A stretch of 64,000 nucleotides of DNA from an uncultured Chromatiales bacterium (GTDB lineage: Bacteria; Pseudomonadota; Gammaproteobacteria; S012-40), in the NCBI GenBank assembly GCA_964442745.1, contig CAYUAI010000001.1:69175-133174 (forward strand). The letters are read 5' to 3'. Both the position numbers and the translations under genes were made by a program. Below are positions 1 through 9,567 of the stretch, one piece after another. The notes under the pieces are model-generated. The model was not told where the DNA came from, ran no database searches, and worked only from the letters and a program-made list of their open reading frames with translations. The number at the start of each line of letters is the position of its first letter. Position 1 is the first letter of the stretch.

Positions 1-980
1 AGTGCAATATCATCGGCGCCATAAGCTAATGCATACCGCGCAGCCATTTTTGCCAATGTTGTGGTTTTTCCCACCCCCGTAGGACCTACCAAGGCAAAAA
101 CACCGGCATGCTTTAAAACAACATCATCCATCACTTTCAGTCGAGTCGCCAACACGGTTAATGCCCGCTTCCATACCACATCAAACGGCTCTTCTTCTTT
201 GACTTCTTGCAAAATACGACGACTGATAACAGGACTGATACCTAACTCCATCAATTTACGTAATACCTTAGCTTTTTGAGGCGTCCGTTTACCCATATCC
301 CCCCAAGCTAATGACGACATTTGATGCTCTAGCAAACCACGCAAATCATTTAACTCTTTCCAGACATTAGTCAATGACTTTCCATCTTCAGGCGTATTTT
401 TATTTAAATCTTCTCGCGGTATTTTTTTGGCAAACTCGGCTAATTGCGATTCCTGATTATCAACGTGATGTTGATTATCTAATGAAGCCAACTTTCCATT
501 CCTCGTATACGAAGGAATAAAAGATTCAATCTCCTCATCATCGCTAACCAACTGTGGTGCCCAATCTTTTTTCTCTGATTGATTCCCTGCGTTATTGATT
601 ACGCCCTGAAAAATATCTTTCGATGGTTTTATTGAGGTTGATTTTTTTTCAGTATTCTTATCATAAGATTCTGCCATAACACGCTTCCAAAATGGGGCGT
701 CTTCATCCGCTTGCGGCTTCATTATGCTCGACATATCATCCATTAAGCCTGCCAAGTTTTTATGATTTTCTTCGCGGTTTTTCATATTTTTTTCTGGTAA
801 TGCCACCGCTTCAACGGTTGACTCCGAGAGAATGGCATCGTCATAATCAACTGCCGCAATAATTTCCACACCTGTCTGCGTTTTTTTATTTGACAAAATC
901 ACGGCGTCAGAGCCTAATTCTTCTCTCACTTTACTGATTGCCTGTCTGATATCGGGCGCATTAAAACGTTTCAACTTCAT
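1..980 (-). CDS. flhF: Flagellar biosynthesis GTPase FlhF (3' end outside window)
   Basis: Reverse translation from the ATG at 980-978 gives MKLKRFNAPDIRQAISKVREELGSDAVILSNKK..., which resembles a typical FlhF N-terminus. At the window edge it gives the SRP-type P-loop LVGPTGVGKTTTLAKMAARYALAYG. The gene lies directly downstream of flhA. It is absent from the ORF track because it is truncated. Confidence 0.9.
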   Translation of the reverse strand, partial: MKLKRFNAPDIRQAISKVREELGSDAVILSNKKTQTGVEIIAAVDYDDAILSESTVEAVALPEKNMKNREENHKNLAGLMDDMSSIMKPQADEDAPFWKRVMAESYDKNTEKKSTSIKPSKDIFQGVINNAGNQSEKKDWAPQLVSDDEEIESFIPSYTRNGKLASLDNQHHVDNQESQLAEFAKKIPREDLNKNTPEDGKSLTNVWKELNDLRGLLEHQMSSLAWGDMGKRTPQKAKVLRKLMELGISPVISRRILQEVKEEEPFDVVWKRALTVLATRLKVMDDVVLKHAGVFALVGPTGVGKTTTLAKMAARYALAYGADDIA

Positions 981-1056
981 TGATGCAGTCTCTCTATCTT
1001 TTTTACCACCCGATGTATCCTGCGACCTTGGAGCAACCCAGGCTTAAAAATATGTA

Positions 1057-3129
1057 TCATGCTCCCACCGTTGATATCACTTTGATTTGTTTATTATCAG
1101 GAATTTCATTAAATGAGAGCACGTGTACATTTGGCATTGACCGTCGAATGTATTTGGCTAGCATTGGCCGTAAAACTGAAGATACTAACAGTATTGCAGG
1201 TTGACCTGCCATCTCTTGCTGTTGCACGGCCTCCTGCAGCGACACATGTATTCTTTCAGCCAACCCTGGCTCAATTGCCGCGCCGTTTTCATTAGCGACC
1301 TGTGTCGTTTTTTGCAATATTTGTTCCAGTGCTGGATCCAATGTAATGACCACTAATTCCTCAGCTGAACCATTGATCTGCTGTATAATTGACCGCCCCA
1401 AAGACATGCGTACTACTGCGGTTAGCACTTGCGGATCTTGTGTTTTCGAAGCACAGTCTGCCAAGGTCTCAGCAATGGTACGCATATCGCGGATTGGAAT
1501 ATTTTCCTCTAATAAACTTTGCAATACTTTCAATAAAACACCCAATGATAATGCATTTGGTATCAATTCTTCGATAAGCTTCGGAGCTACCTTGCCAAGC
1601 TTGTCTACCAACTGCTGCACTTCTTCCCGGCCTAGCAGCTCATGTGCATGCATCTGTAATATCTGACTCAGATGTGTTGCCACAACAGTACTTGCATCCA
1701 CCACGGTATAACCTAGCGTTTGGGCATGATCACGTTGTGTTATGTCAATCCAAACCGCTTCTAAGCCAAAGGCTGGATCACGACTCGCGATCCCTGATAA
1801 ATCACCAAATACCTGGCCTGGATTAATCGCTAAATCCTTCTCAGTGTAAATCTCTGCCTCGCCCAATGGCACACCATGTAAAGTAATTCGATACGCATTG
1901 GGGGTCAGCTCTAGATTATCTCGAATATGCACAGGGGGAATTAAAAAACCCAGCTCTTGGGATAATTTTTTACGAACCCCTTTTATTCGATTCATCAGTT
2001 GTCCACCCTGGGATTTATCGACTAATGGGATTAATTTATATCCGACCTCTAAACCAATCAGATCGACATTAAGTACATCATCCCAGCTCAATTCCTTGGG
2101 TGGAGGCGGCGGCGCAGGCTGGCTATCCTGCGTTAAACTCTCTTCGGTCGATCGTATCTCTCTATTTGCCAACAAATACGCACCGCCACCGCAAGCGACA
2201 CCAAGCGTAAGAAACGCCACATTCGGCATACCCGGAATAAGCCCCATGCCCCCAATGATCCCTCCTGTCACACCGAGTGTTTTCGGGCTACTGAACATTT
2301 GCGACATAATCTGTTGCCCCATGTCCTGCGAAGAAGAAACACGCGTAACGATAAGTGCCGCCGCCGTGGAAAGAATCAGCGAAGGGATTTGTGCAACTAA
2401 ACCATCCCCAATAGTCAACAAGGTATAAAACTCCAAAGCATCAGAAAAACTCAGACCATGTTGAACCATTCCAATAATGAAACCACCGATAAGATTAATA
2501 AAAAGTATTAGAATACCGGCAATGGCATCGCCTTTTACAAATTTGCTAGCACCATCCATGGATCCATAAAAGTCGGCTTCATTGACCACTTCGTTACGTC
2601 GTTGCTGAGCTTCTTCTTGGGTTAAAATACCCGCATTCAAATCCGCATCAATGGCCATTTGTTTACCTGGCATGGCATCCAGAGTAAAGCGTGCACTCAC
2701 TTCTGAAATCCGACCAGCCCCCTTGGTCACCACCACAAAATTAATAATCACTAAAATAGCAAAAATCACGATGCCTACCGCATAATTCCCCCCAATAACA
2801 AATTCACCAAATGATTTAATCACCTCGCCGGCGGCATCTGTCCCCGTATGTCCTTCTAACAAAACGACCCGAGTTGAAGCAATATTTAGCGACAGTCGGG
2901 CCAAGGTAGAAAATAATAAAATAGTCGGGAATGAAGAAAACTCCAAGGGTCGATTGACATAAATGGCTGCTAATAAAATAATCATTGCTAACGCAATATT
3001 AAATGTAAAAAAAATATCCAATAAAAATGTCGGCAGAGGAATAATTAGCATGCCCAGCATCACAACTAGAATAAGAGGAACACCGATCCCGCAACTAAGG
3101 ATACGCTGTAGATGCTGCTTTACTGTCAT
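1057..3129 (-). CDS. flhA: Flagellar type III export gate protein FlhA
   Basis: 690-aa ORF with a multi-TM N-terminal half, a proline-rich linker (PAPPPPPKE) and a large cytoplasmic domain. The length and the FHIPEP-type conserved blocks (GEFVIGGNYAVG, KFVKGDAIAGI) fit FlhA. It is flanked by flhB and flhF. Confidence 0.97.
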   Translation of the reverse strand: MTVKQHLQRILSCGIGVPLILVVMLGMLIIPLPTFLLDIFFTFNIALAMIILLAAIYVNRPLEFSSFPTILLFSTLARLSLNIASTRVVLLEGHTGTDAAGEVIKSFGEFVIGGNYAVGIVIFAILVIINFVVVTKGAGRISEVSARFTLDAMPGKQMAIDADLNAGILTQEEAQQRRNEVVNEADFYGSMDGASKFVKGDAIAGILILFINLIGGFIIGMVQHGLSFSDALEFYTLLTIGDGLVAQIPSLILSTAAALIVTRVSSSQDMGQQIMSQMFSSPKTLGVTGGIIGGMGLIPGMPNVAFLTLGVACGGGAYLLANREIRSTEESLTQDSQPAPPPPPKELSWDDVLNVDLIGLEVGYKLIPLVDKSQGGQLMNRIKGVRKKLSQELGFLIPPVHIRDNLELTPNAYRITLHGVPLGEAEIYTEKDLAINPGQVFGDLSGIASRDPAFGLEAVWIDITQRDHAQTLGYTVVDASTVVATHLSQILQMHAHELLGREEVQQLVDKLGKVAPKLIEELIPNALSLGVLLKVLQSLLEENIPIRDMRTIAETLADCASKTQDPQVLTAVVRMSLGRSIIQQINGSAEELVVITLDPALEQILQKTTQVANENGAAIEPGLAERIHVSLQEAVQQQEMAGQPAILLVSSVLRPMLAKYIRRSMPNVHVLSFNEIPDNKQIKVISTVGA

Positions 3130-3180
3130 ATTTTTGACACCCCCTTACTCTCAAGCCTATCGCCAGAATACGCTGCAACA

Positions 3181-4320
3181 TTAATCATCTTTGCGCAAAT
3201 CTTCCGGTATTTCTACATCATCATCCATGGTTAATGGTGCTGATAAATCAATTACAGAACTTTTTTTCAGTTGAAAAATATAGGCTAATACCTTAGCCAC
3301 CGCAGTATAAAGCCCTTCTGGAATTTCTTGACCTAGCTCTGTATGGTAATACACAGCACGTGCCAAGGCCGGAGAAGATAAAATAGGTACATGATGATCA
3401 ACAGCAACCGCACGTATACGGCCGGCTAAAAGATCTGATCCTTTGGCAACTAAGGTGGGTGCTCTCATGTTTGCTTGGTTATACTTAAGCGCAACGGCAA
3501 AATGGGTAGGGTTGGTAATGATAACATCAGCGGTTGGTACCTCCTGCATCATTCTTCGCTGTGCCATCTCACGTTGTACCATTCTAATTCTTGCTTTTAC
3601 TTCCGGACTTCCTTCCGTTTGTTTGTTTTCATCTTTGACTTCTTGCACAGTCATTTTAAGTTGTCGTCTGTTATCCCATAATTGAAACGGTACATCAACC
3701 ATAGCAACAATCACTAAGGTAAAACAGAGTATAAGAAAAAAGTATGTAACTTGTTTTCCCGTTTCCACTAACGCGACATCGACGGACTGATATCCAATGG
3801 CAATAATTGCTGGCATATTCCACCATAAAAGACCAACAGCAACCGCCGCAATAATGGCAAATTTTGCTAATGCCTTAACCAGCTCCAACAATCCTTTGGG
3901 ACCGAAAATACGTTTAAAACCAGAAAAAGGATTCAATCGATTGAATTTTGGAACCAGCGCTTTAGTACTAAAATTCCATCCCCCTAATGAAATAGAAGAA
4001 AGCACACCAACAACGACTAAGATAAGCGAAAAACCAGCAATTGCCCAAAGCCCTTCTAATACCAGATCTTGAAACAAATTCACCATAAACTGGCTATCAA
4101 AAATTTTCTCTCTTTCTAATACAAACCCACGAACCATCACTTGAGATAAATCATTAATAATTTGCCCACCCATCATAATAAAAGTCACCGCAGAAATGAC
4201 CATAATCAAAAAAGTATTTAACTCTCTAGAGCGTGGGAGTTGACCATCTTCTCTCGATTTTTGAATTTTTTTACTGGTAGGTTCTTCGGATTTTTCCTGA
4301 CCGTCTTTGTTTTCTGCCAT
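3181..4320 (-). CDS. flhB: Flagellar export switch protein FlhB
   Basis: 379-aa ORF with the N-terminal EKSEEPTSKKIQKSREDGQ motif, four TM segments and the NPTH autocleavage site (IITNPTHFAVAL). Confidence 0.95.
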   Translation of the reverse strand: MAENKDGQEKSEEPTSKKIQKSREDGQLPRSRELNTFLIMVISAVTFIMMGGQIINDLSQVMVRGFVLEREKIFDSQFMVNLFQDLVLEGLWAIAGFSLILVVVGVLSSISLGGWNFSTKALVPKFNRLNPFSGFKRIFGPKGLLELVKALAKFAIIAAVAVGLLWWNMPAIIAIGYQSVDVALVETGKQVTYFFLILCFTLVIVAMVDVPFQLWDNRRQLKMTVQEVKDENKQTEGSPEVKARIRMVQREMAQRRMMQEVPTADVIITNPTHFAVALKYNQANMRAPTLVAKGSDLLAGRIRAVAVDHHVPILSSPALARAVYYHTELGQEIPEGLYTAVAKVLAYIFQLKKSSVIDLSAPLTMDDDVEIPEDLRKDD

Positions 4321-4359
4321 GAGCCACCTGACAAATTTTTATGAAAGTTAACACCCTGC

Positions 4360-4373
4360 CGGGTATATACCCG
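4360..4373. repeat. Perfect 14-bp palindrome CGGGTATATACCCG in the flhB-fliR gap
   Basis: Read directly from the sequence. It lies about 40 nt upstream of the flhB start codon, inside an unusually long 230-bp gap in the operon. Confidence 0.6.
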
Positions 4374-4550
4374 TACCATTTGAGATTTAGGCTTTATTAC
4401 GGCCCTATTTGTGCCCTGACTGTGTTGAAACTCCTCGCAATAATCCCGATATTCCTTGTCGTTTCGCTTAGTCAGAACAAAAATATGTCTCGCACTCAAT
4501 ACCTAAATCTCAAGCGCTACGGGTATAGAATAAAGAATGGTTACGTAGTG

Positions 4551-5327
4551 TTAGTATTGTTTCGTAAATGTCTTAATATCTTGCATCGCTTGATTTGATA
4601 GATTTTCCAAATTAACTAACACGGCAGGTAACGTCACCATAATGACATAAAACCCAGCAATGATAGTAATAGCAAAACCAATCGCAAAAATATTTAACTG
4701 AGGTGCCGCTCTCCCCATGACACCTAAAGATAAATTAATCAATAGCAAGGCAATAATCGCCGGCAAAGAGACTAACACCGCACCGGAAAACATATGACTA
4801 CCCCAGGCGACCATTTGATCAAAGTTTTCTCTCACCAACCCTTCCATTCCAATCGGCAAGCTATAAAAACTATCAGCCATCACAGAAATTAATATTAAGT
4901 GTCCATCCAATAGCAAAAAAAACAGAGTGACTAATACCATATAGAACATACCTAACACCGGTGCTTGAGAACCATTGACCGGATCAATCATCATCGCAAA
5001 ACCCAATCCCATTTGCATGGCAATAATTTGCCCTGCAATAATAAATGCACTAAACACCAAATGAAAAATAAAACCCATGGAAATCCCAATTATCATTTGC
5101 TGTAAGATAACGTAAAACCCTCTCGGACTAAGTGCATCAATATAAGGTACTTCAGGAATAACGGGAGCCACCACGATCGTAATTCCGAGGGCAATCATTA
5201 GACGGACTCGCACGGGGATAAAATTAGAGCTGAAGACGGGCATGGCTGATATCATGGCAGCAATTCGAATAAACGGCCATAAATAACTACCGACCATGGT
5301 ACTAATTTCTTCACCTGTAAAATACAA
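4551..5327 (-). CDS. fliR: Flagellar export apparatus protein FliR
   Basis: 258-aa polytopic membrane ORF with a TTG start. The N-terminus (...YLWPFIRIAAMISAMPVFS) aligns with my recollection of E. coli FliR (YFWPLLRVLALISTAPILS). It sits between fliQ and flhB. Confidence 0.93.
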   Translation of the reverse strand: MYFTGEEISTMVGSYLWPFIRIAAMISAMPVFSSNFIPVRVRLMIALGITIVVAPVIPEVPYIDALSPRGFYVILQQMIIGISMGFIFHLVFSAFIIAGQIIAMQMGLGFAMMIDPVNGSQAPVLGMFYMVLVTLFFLLLDGHLILISVMADSFYSLPIGMEGLVRENFDQMVAWGSHMFSGAVLVSLPAIIALLLINLSLGVMGRAAPQLNIFAIGFAITIIAGFYVIMVTLPAVLVNLENLSNQAMQDIKTFTKQY

Positions 5328-5355
5328 TTTTTCGCCTATGATAAAACAATTAAGT

Positions 5356-5392
5356 TAAGGAATGGGCGACGCAATAACTTACCAGTTTTCAT
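5356..5392. repeat. Short intergenic repeat (family 1b), copy 1
   Basis: TAAGGAATGGGCGACGCAATAACTTACCAGTTTTCAT recurs at 32506-32542, with 32 of 37 positions identical by eye. Confidence 0.7.
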
Positions 5393-5420
5393 CCCACCTT
5401 CGGCCTGTCTTCGCCCGTTC

Positions 5421-5638
5421 GTAAGTTAAATTGATTTTAGAGAAAAATAGACGAGTAGCGTGGATTAAGCGTAGCGAATTCACGAGGAACAAGCCTCGAA
5501 AACAAATGAGTGAACCCTTGGCCTTGTCATCATTCAATGCCACACTGGCTCATTATTATATCGCTCATTGCTGGCGTAAATTCGCTGCGCTTAACCCACG
5601 CTACATGGAGAATAAATCTGAAATCAGCTTAAACTTAC
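5421..5638. mobile_element. MITE-like element (family 1), copy A, with long imperfect terminal inverted repeats
   Basis: The left arm 5421-5484 and right arm 5575-5638 are reverse complements in two segments. The outer segment starts GTAAGTT. The inner segment is TAGCGTGGATTAAGCGTAGCGAATTCACG versus CGTAAATTCGCTGCGCTTAACCCACGCTA, about 26/29 matched. A second copy lies at 37755-37945. The element has no coding capacity; the 104-aa ORF across it is spurious. Confidence 0.75.
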
Positions 5639-5750
5639 GCCCGATTTTTCATTCCAAAACTCAAAATATAACGACTATTCTTACGCTTTTGTTCACTCAG
5701 AACGAACCAATACAAATCCAATCTGGGCACGAAACTAAGATATAGATTGA

Positions 5751-6020
5751 TTATCCAATGAGATAAGGAATATTTTCAAACGTTGTTCGAATATACGATA
5801 ACATTAAATTTAACATATAAGGACCGCCTAACATTAATGCCGCAAATGTTATTAATAGCTTAGGAATAAAACTTAATGTCATTTCATTGATTTGGGTAGC
5901 CGCCTGAAACATACTGACCAACAGACCTACCGCCAATGCTGGCAATAAAGTAATGGCTACCAATATAATAATGATCTGCAGTGTTGCTTGAAAAGTATCA
6001 ATTACCACGCCCGGTGTCAT
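5751..6020 (-). CDS. fliQ: Flagellar export apparatus protein FliQ
   Basis: Small two-TM protein. Starting at the ATG at 6020 gives the canonical 89 aa (MTPGVVIDTF...). The track ORF begins 4 codons earlier at a GTG (6032). Confidence 0.93.
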   Translation of the reverse strand: MTPGVVIDTFQATLQIIIILVAITLLPALAVGLLVSMFQAATQINEMTLSFIPKLLITFAALMLGGPYMLNLMLSYIRTTFENIPYLIG

Positions 6021-6056
6021 TTTTAAAGTCACTCCAGTTTAGTCAATACGAGTTAT

Positions 6057-6812
6057 TTATACATAAAAACTTGAGGCTAATGTTCCCATAATCAATGACC
6101 ATCCATCCACTAACACAAATAACATAATTTTAAACGGTAGCGATATCATCATTGGTGACAACATCATCATACCCATTGCCATCAGTACACTCGCGACCAC
6201 AAGATCAATCACTAAAAATGGAATATAAATTAGAAACCCAATCTGAAAAGCTGTTTTTAATTCACTGGTTATAAATGAAGGAATTAATAATGAAAAAGGT
6301 ATGTCTTCAATCGAGTCGAATTTTTCCCCACCTGAAATTTCAGCAAACATTGCCAGATCAGTTTCACGTGTTTGTGCCGTCATAAACTCTCTGAAAGGTA
6401 CACCAGCAATTTCAAAAGCTTCCTGCATCTCAATTTTCTCATCCATATAAGGTGTTAATGCATCGTTATATACTTTTTCAAAAATAGGTGACATAATAAA
6501 AAAAGTTAGAAAGAGTGCAAGACCAATAAGTATTTGTCCAGACGGTGCCTGCATCAAACCAATCGCTTGTCTCAAAATTGACAGCACAATAATAATTCGA
6601 GTAAATGCAGTTAACATCATTAAACCTGCCGGGATGAGTGTTAGCATTGTCATAATAGCTAACACTTGCAATTTCAAAGTATAGGTTTGGCTTCCATCGT
6701 CCTGAGTAGCCACCGTCACCATCGGTATCCCTGGATCCGCCGCCCAGCTAGCCATAGGCATAATACATAACAAACATAATAATAAACGCAGTATATAAAA
6801 CATGGGGCTCAC
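6057..6812 (-). CDS. fliP: Flagellar export apparatus protein FliP
   Basis: 251 aa with a signal-like N-terminus and conserved FliP blocks ([42 protein letters not shown]). Its GTG start overlaps the fliO stop. Confidence 0.96.
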   Translation of the reverse strand: MSPMFYILRLLLCLLCIMPMASWAADPGIPMVTVATQDDGSQTYTLKLQVLAIMTMLTLIPAGLMMLTAFTRIIIVLSILRQAIGLMQAPSGQILIGLALFLTFFIMSPIFEKVYNDALTPYMDEKIEMQEAFEIAGVPFREFMTAQTRETDLAMFAEISGGEKFDSIEDIPFSLLIPSFITSELKTAFQIGFLIYIPFLVIDLVVASVLMAMGMMMLSPMMISLPFKIMLFVLVDGWSLIMGTLASSFYV

Positions 6813-7249
6813 GATTTTTTCTTTAAGTATTGATTTAACTGCTGAACAAAAGGCCGTTTGAATTTTTCTACATCAATCTGACATTCAATTGGATGTTCAA
6901 GTACATGCAGTTTTTGTATTTGACCTGGGGTAATTCCCAATAAAATTTGTTGGTCACCCACTTTCATTAAAACAACCCGCTCTCTATTACCTAAACTGAT
7001 TCCACCGATTAATTTTAAGGACTGACTCGACACACCCACCTGCTGGCCAAATCTCCGATAAAACCAAGCGCTAGCAAAAATAGCAATCACCACTAAAAAT
7101 AAACCAACGGCGACTTTAACAAGACTCGCCATCACCTCAGGTGAAGAGCTGAGTTGCATGCCTGTATTCGGCTCCACTGCATACACAAGTTCTAGTGGCA
7201 ATACCATCATGCTCACTAAGACTAATAATTTACGAATAATGTACATCAT
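6809..7249 (-). CDS. fliO: Flagellar protein FliO
   Basis: 146-aa single-TM protein in the fliN-fliP position. It overlaps both neighbours by 4 nt. The call rests on synteny and topology, because FliO is poorly conserved. Confidence 0.8.
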   Translation of the reverse strand: MMYIIRKLLVLVSMMVLPLELVYAVEPNTGMQLSSSPEVMASLVKVAVGLFLVVIAIFASAWFYRRFGQQVGVSSQSLKLIGGISLGNRERVVLMKVGDQQILLGITPGQIQKLHVLEHPIECQIDVEKFKRPFVQQLNQYLKKKS

Positions 7250-7689
7250 CGTAATTTTTGGATTCTTTCCATGGAGGTAATCACATCGGTGAGTCGAATA
7301 CCAAATTTTTCGTTGACGACAACCACTTCACCATGGGCAATCAGTGTTCCGTTCACTAACACATCTAATGGCTCGCCCGCTAAACGGTCAAGCTCTACGA
7401 CTGATCCCTGATTGAATTTCAAAAGATTTCTAATACTTATTTTTGTCCGACCAATTTCCATAGAAATCGTCACCGGAATATCCAGAATCATATTCAAATC
7501 GACATCGCCGTCGGCATCGCTTGTCGACTCATTTTCCTCAGCTAATTCATCTAAGTCAGCAAGTTTCACATCATCATCGACGGCGACAGATTGATCTGCT
7601 TCATCATTAGCTTGCTCAGCAAAGGCTTCTGCCCATGGATCATCAACTTCACTCGTGGATTCTTTGTCTTGGTCAGTAGGCTCAGTCAT
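7246..7689 (-). CDS. fliN: Flagellar motor switch protein FliN
   Basis: 147 aa with an acidic N-terminal region and a C-terminal SpoA/FliN domain (LDIPVTISMEIGRTKISIRNLLKFNQGSVVELDRLAGEPLDVLVNG). Confidence 0.93.
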   Translation of the reverse strand: MTEPTDQDKESTSEVDDPWAEAFAEQANDEADQSVAVDDDVKLADLDELAEENESTSDADGDVDLNMILDIPVTISMEIGRTKISIRNLLKFNQGSVVELDRLAGEPLDVLVNGTLIAHGEVVVVNEKFGIRLTDVITSMERIQKLR

Positions 7690-7712
7690 GTCATTTTGCT
7701 CATCTATTTATG

Positions 7713-8687
7713 CTATGGATTAATCAGCTTATTAATAATTTTAATCGCGTGATTTCCATTGTGAGATCCATACTCACATGAAAAAACAGGTACATCCGAT
7801 GCTTTCGCAGTGACATATTTACCAATTTCAATGGGAATCACATCACCCGGCTTAAGTTGTTGGATTTGCCGTAATGTCAGTTCGGTTTGTGTTAAATCAC
7901 AACGAATATCTAACATCGCATCCATAATTTCTTCGCGCAATGCCAGCGTCCATCGCTCATCCATATCAACATGGTCACTCAGTACGCCGGCATCAAGTAA
8001 CTCCCTGATTGGCTCAAGCATGAGATACGGCATGGTGACATGAAATGCACCACCTCCACCTTCAAGCTCAATGTTAAATGTAGACACGACAACAACTTCA
8101 CTTGGACTCACTATGTTCGCAAAATGTGGATTGACTTCAGCATTAAGAAATTCAAAGTTAACATCTAATACCGGCCCCCAGGCTTCCTTTAAATCTAAAA
8201 AAGCTTGGCCTAAAATACTCTCTACAATTTTTAACTCAGTCGGTGTGAACTCGCGTCCTTCAATTTTGGTATGAAATCGTCCTTCTCCGCCAAAATAATT
8301 ATCGACAATAATATAAACTAGCTTGGGATCAAGCACAAAAAGTGCGCTACCGCGTAACGGATTGACTCGCACCATATTCAGGCTGGTGGGTACAAATAAG
8401 CCATGGATATATTCAGCAAACTTCATCATTTGCACACCATCCACAGAAATTTCTGCCGTACGCCTTAGCTTATTGAATAAACTTATTCTAAAATATCGAG
8501 CAAAACGCTCATTGATCATTTCCAATGTGGGCATACGCCCACGTGCAATGCGATCTTGTGTGGCAAAATCATAAGAGGATATATCCTCTATGTCACCAGT
8601 ATCAGCGTCATTATCAAGATCGCCACTTGATACGCCATGTAATAGCGCATCAATTTCATCTTGCGATAATATTTCGGGTCCCGACAT
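7713..8687 (-). CDS. fliM: Flagellar motor switch protein FliM
   Basis: 324 aa with the N-terminal LSQDEIDALL CheY-P binding motif and a typical FliM middle and C-terminal domain. Confidence 0.95.
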   Translation of the reverse strand: MSGPEILSQDEIDALLHGVSSGDLDNDADTGDIEDISSYDFATQDRIARGRMPTLEMINERFARYFRISLFNKLRRTAEISVDGVQMMKFAEYIHGLFVPTSLNMVRVNPLRGSALFVLDPKLVYIIVDNYFGGEGRFHTKIEGREFTPTELKIVESILGQAFLDLKEAWGPVLDVNFEFLNAEVNPHFANIVSPSEVVVVSTFNIELEGGGGAFHVTMPYLMLEPIRELLDAGVLSDHVDMDERWTLALREEIMDAMLDIRCDLTQTELTLRQIQQLKPGDVIPIEIGKYVTAKASDVPVFSCEYGSHNGNHAIKIINKLINP

Positions 8688-8689
8688 AA

Positions 8690-9226
8690 TTATTGAATAA
8701 CGAAGCTAGTAAAAAAGACTTTTTCGATATTTCCCGTCTGAGCCGCACTACCCACCTGTTCAGTAAGTATATTTTGCAACGTCTCTAGCACTAGGACGAG
8801 TAACTTTTCCTTACCTTCCACCGAACGAAAAGTTTCAGAATCTTGAGCACTTAATAACATGAGTATATTGTTTCTCACCATGGGTGCATGCGTAGTTAAG
8901 TTATCAATCGTTGACTGATCTCTCGTCATAATTTCGATGGTCACCTGCAAAAACCTGGAACGATTTTTTTCTCTAAAGTTGATCACAAAAGCAGGATCTA
9001 GAGGAAAATAAATCGGCGGCCCTGAAACAACAGCCACCGGGGCCTCCTGAGATGGCGCCTGACCTGCCCCGCCCGAATTATCAAGCATACCTGATTCCTT
9101 GAGCATAAAAAAAGTCCCTCCCATGCTGACACTAATCACCACGATCGCACCAATCACTATCAACAATATCATTTTAATAGGAGAACCTTTTTTTCCCCCC
9201 TCTGCGGCTACAGCGTTTTTTGACAT
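8690..9226 (-). CDS. fliL: Flagellar basal-body-associated protein FliL
   Basis: 178 aa with a single N-terminal TM segment and a conserved FliL core (FVINFREKNRSRFLQVTIEIMT). It is the first gene of the fliLMNOPQR unit. Confidence 0.88.
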   Translation of the reverse strand: MSKNAVAAEGGKKGSPIKMILLIVIGAIVVISVSMGGTFFMLKESGMLDNSGGAGQAPSQEAPVAVVSGPPIYFPLDPAFVINFREKNRSRFLQVTIEIMTRDQSTIDNLTTHAPMVRNNILMLLSAQDSETFRSVEGKEKLLVLVLETLQNILTEQVGSAAQTGNIEKVFFTSFVIQ

Positions 9227-9271
9227 AAATACTCACCTTCATTGTTAATCCCATTCGATAGCTGTATGAAA

Positions 9272-9286
9272 GCAAGCCTTATACCA
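9272..9286 (-). promoter_or_regulatory. Candidate sigma-54 (-24/-12) promoter for fliL
   Basis: The minus strand reads TGGTATAAGGCTTGC, so the GG and GC elements have exactly the consensus spacing of TGGCAC-N5-TTGC. The -12 element is about 46 nt upstream of the fliL ATG. RpoN dependence of fliL operons is known in Pseudomonas and Vibrio. Confidence 0.55.
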
Positions 9287-9567
9287 GTAATAAATGATGA
9301 TTTTTAATTGGTCGAGTATTCGCTAGATTTGTCTTGGAAAATTAGAAAAAAGGTTGATTTGACAATGGTTTTCTAAAATAAATTAGATGAATGAAATAAA
9401 TAACTTAAGGGAAATACTGCCAAATCAAGAATCAGATACAATTAAAGGACAGGATGCACTACCTTCGATTTATTAACCAGCTTAGGCAAGAGTTTGACAT
9501 TATCATCAATGATAATTTTCACAGTTGTAGGGTCATTGTTGTTTATTCTTAACGCGAAATCCATTCA

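Noticed and set aside
1898-2428. Long antisense ORFs inside flhA (176 aa). Similar ones lie at 10183-10650, 15421-15891, 26487-26957 and 54747-55223.
   Set aside because: All are embedded opposite well-supported conserved genes. Their composition is low-complexity and Ser/Pro/Arg-rich, as expected for antisense frames.
5431-5745. 104-aa plus-strand ORF in the fliQ-fliR spacer
   Set aside because: It lies entirely within the MITE-like repeat. The reading frame is not preserved in the second copy, where a stop follows 18 codons. It also runs opposite to the surrounding operon.
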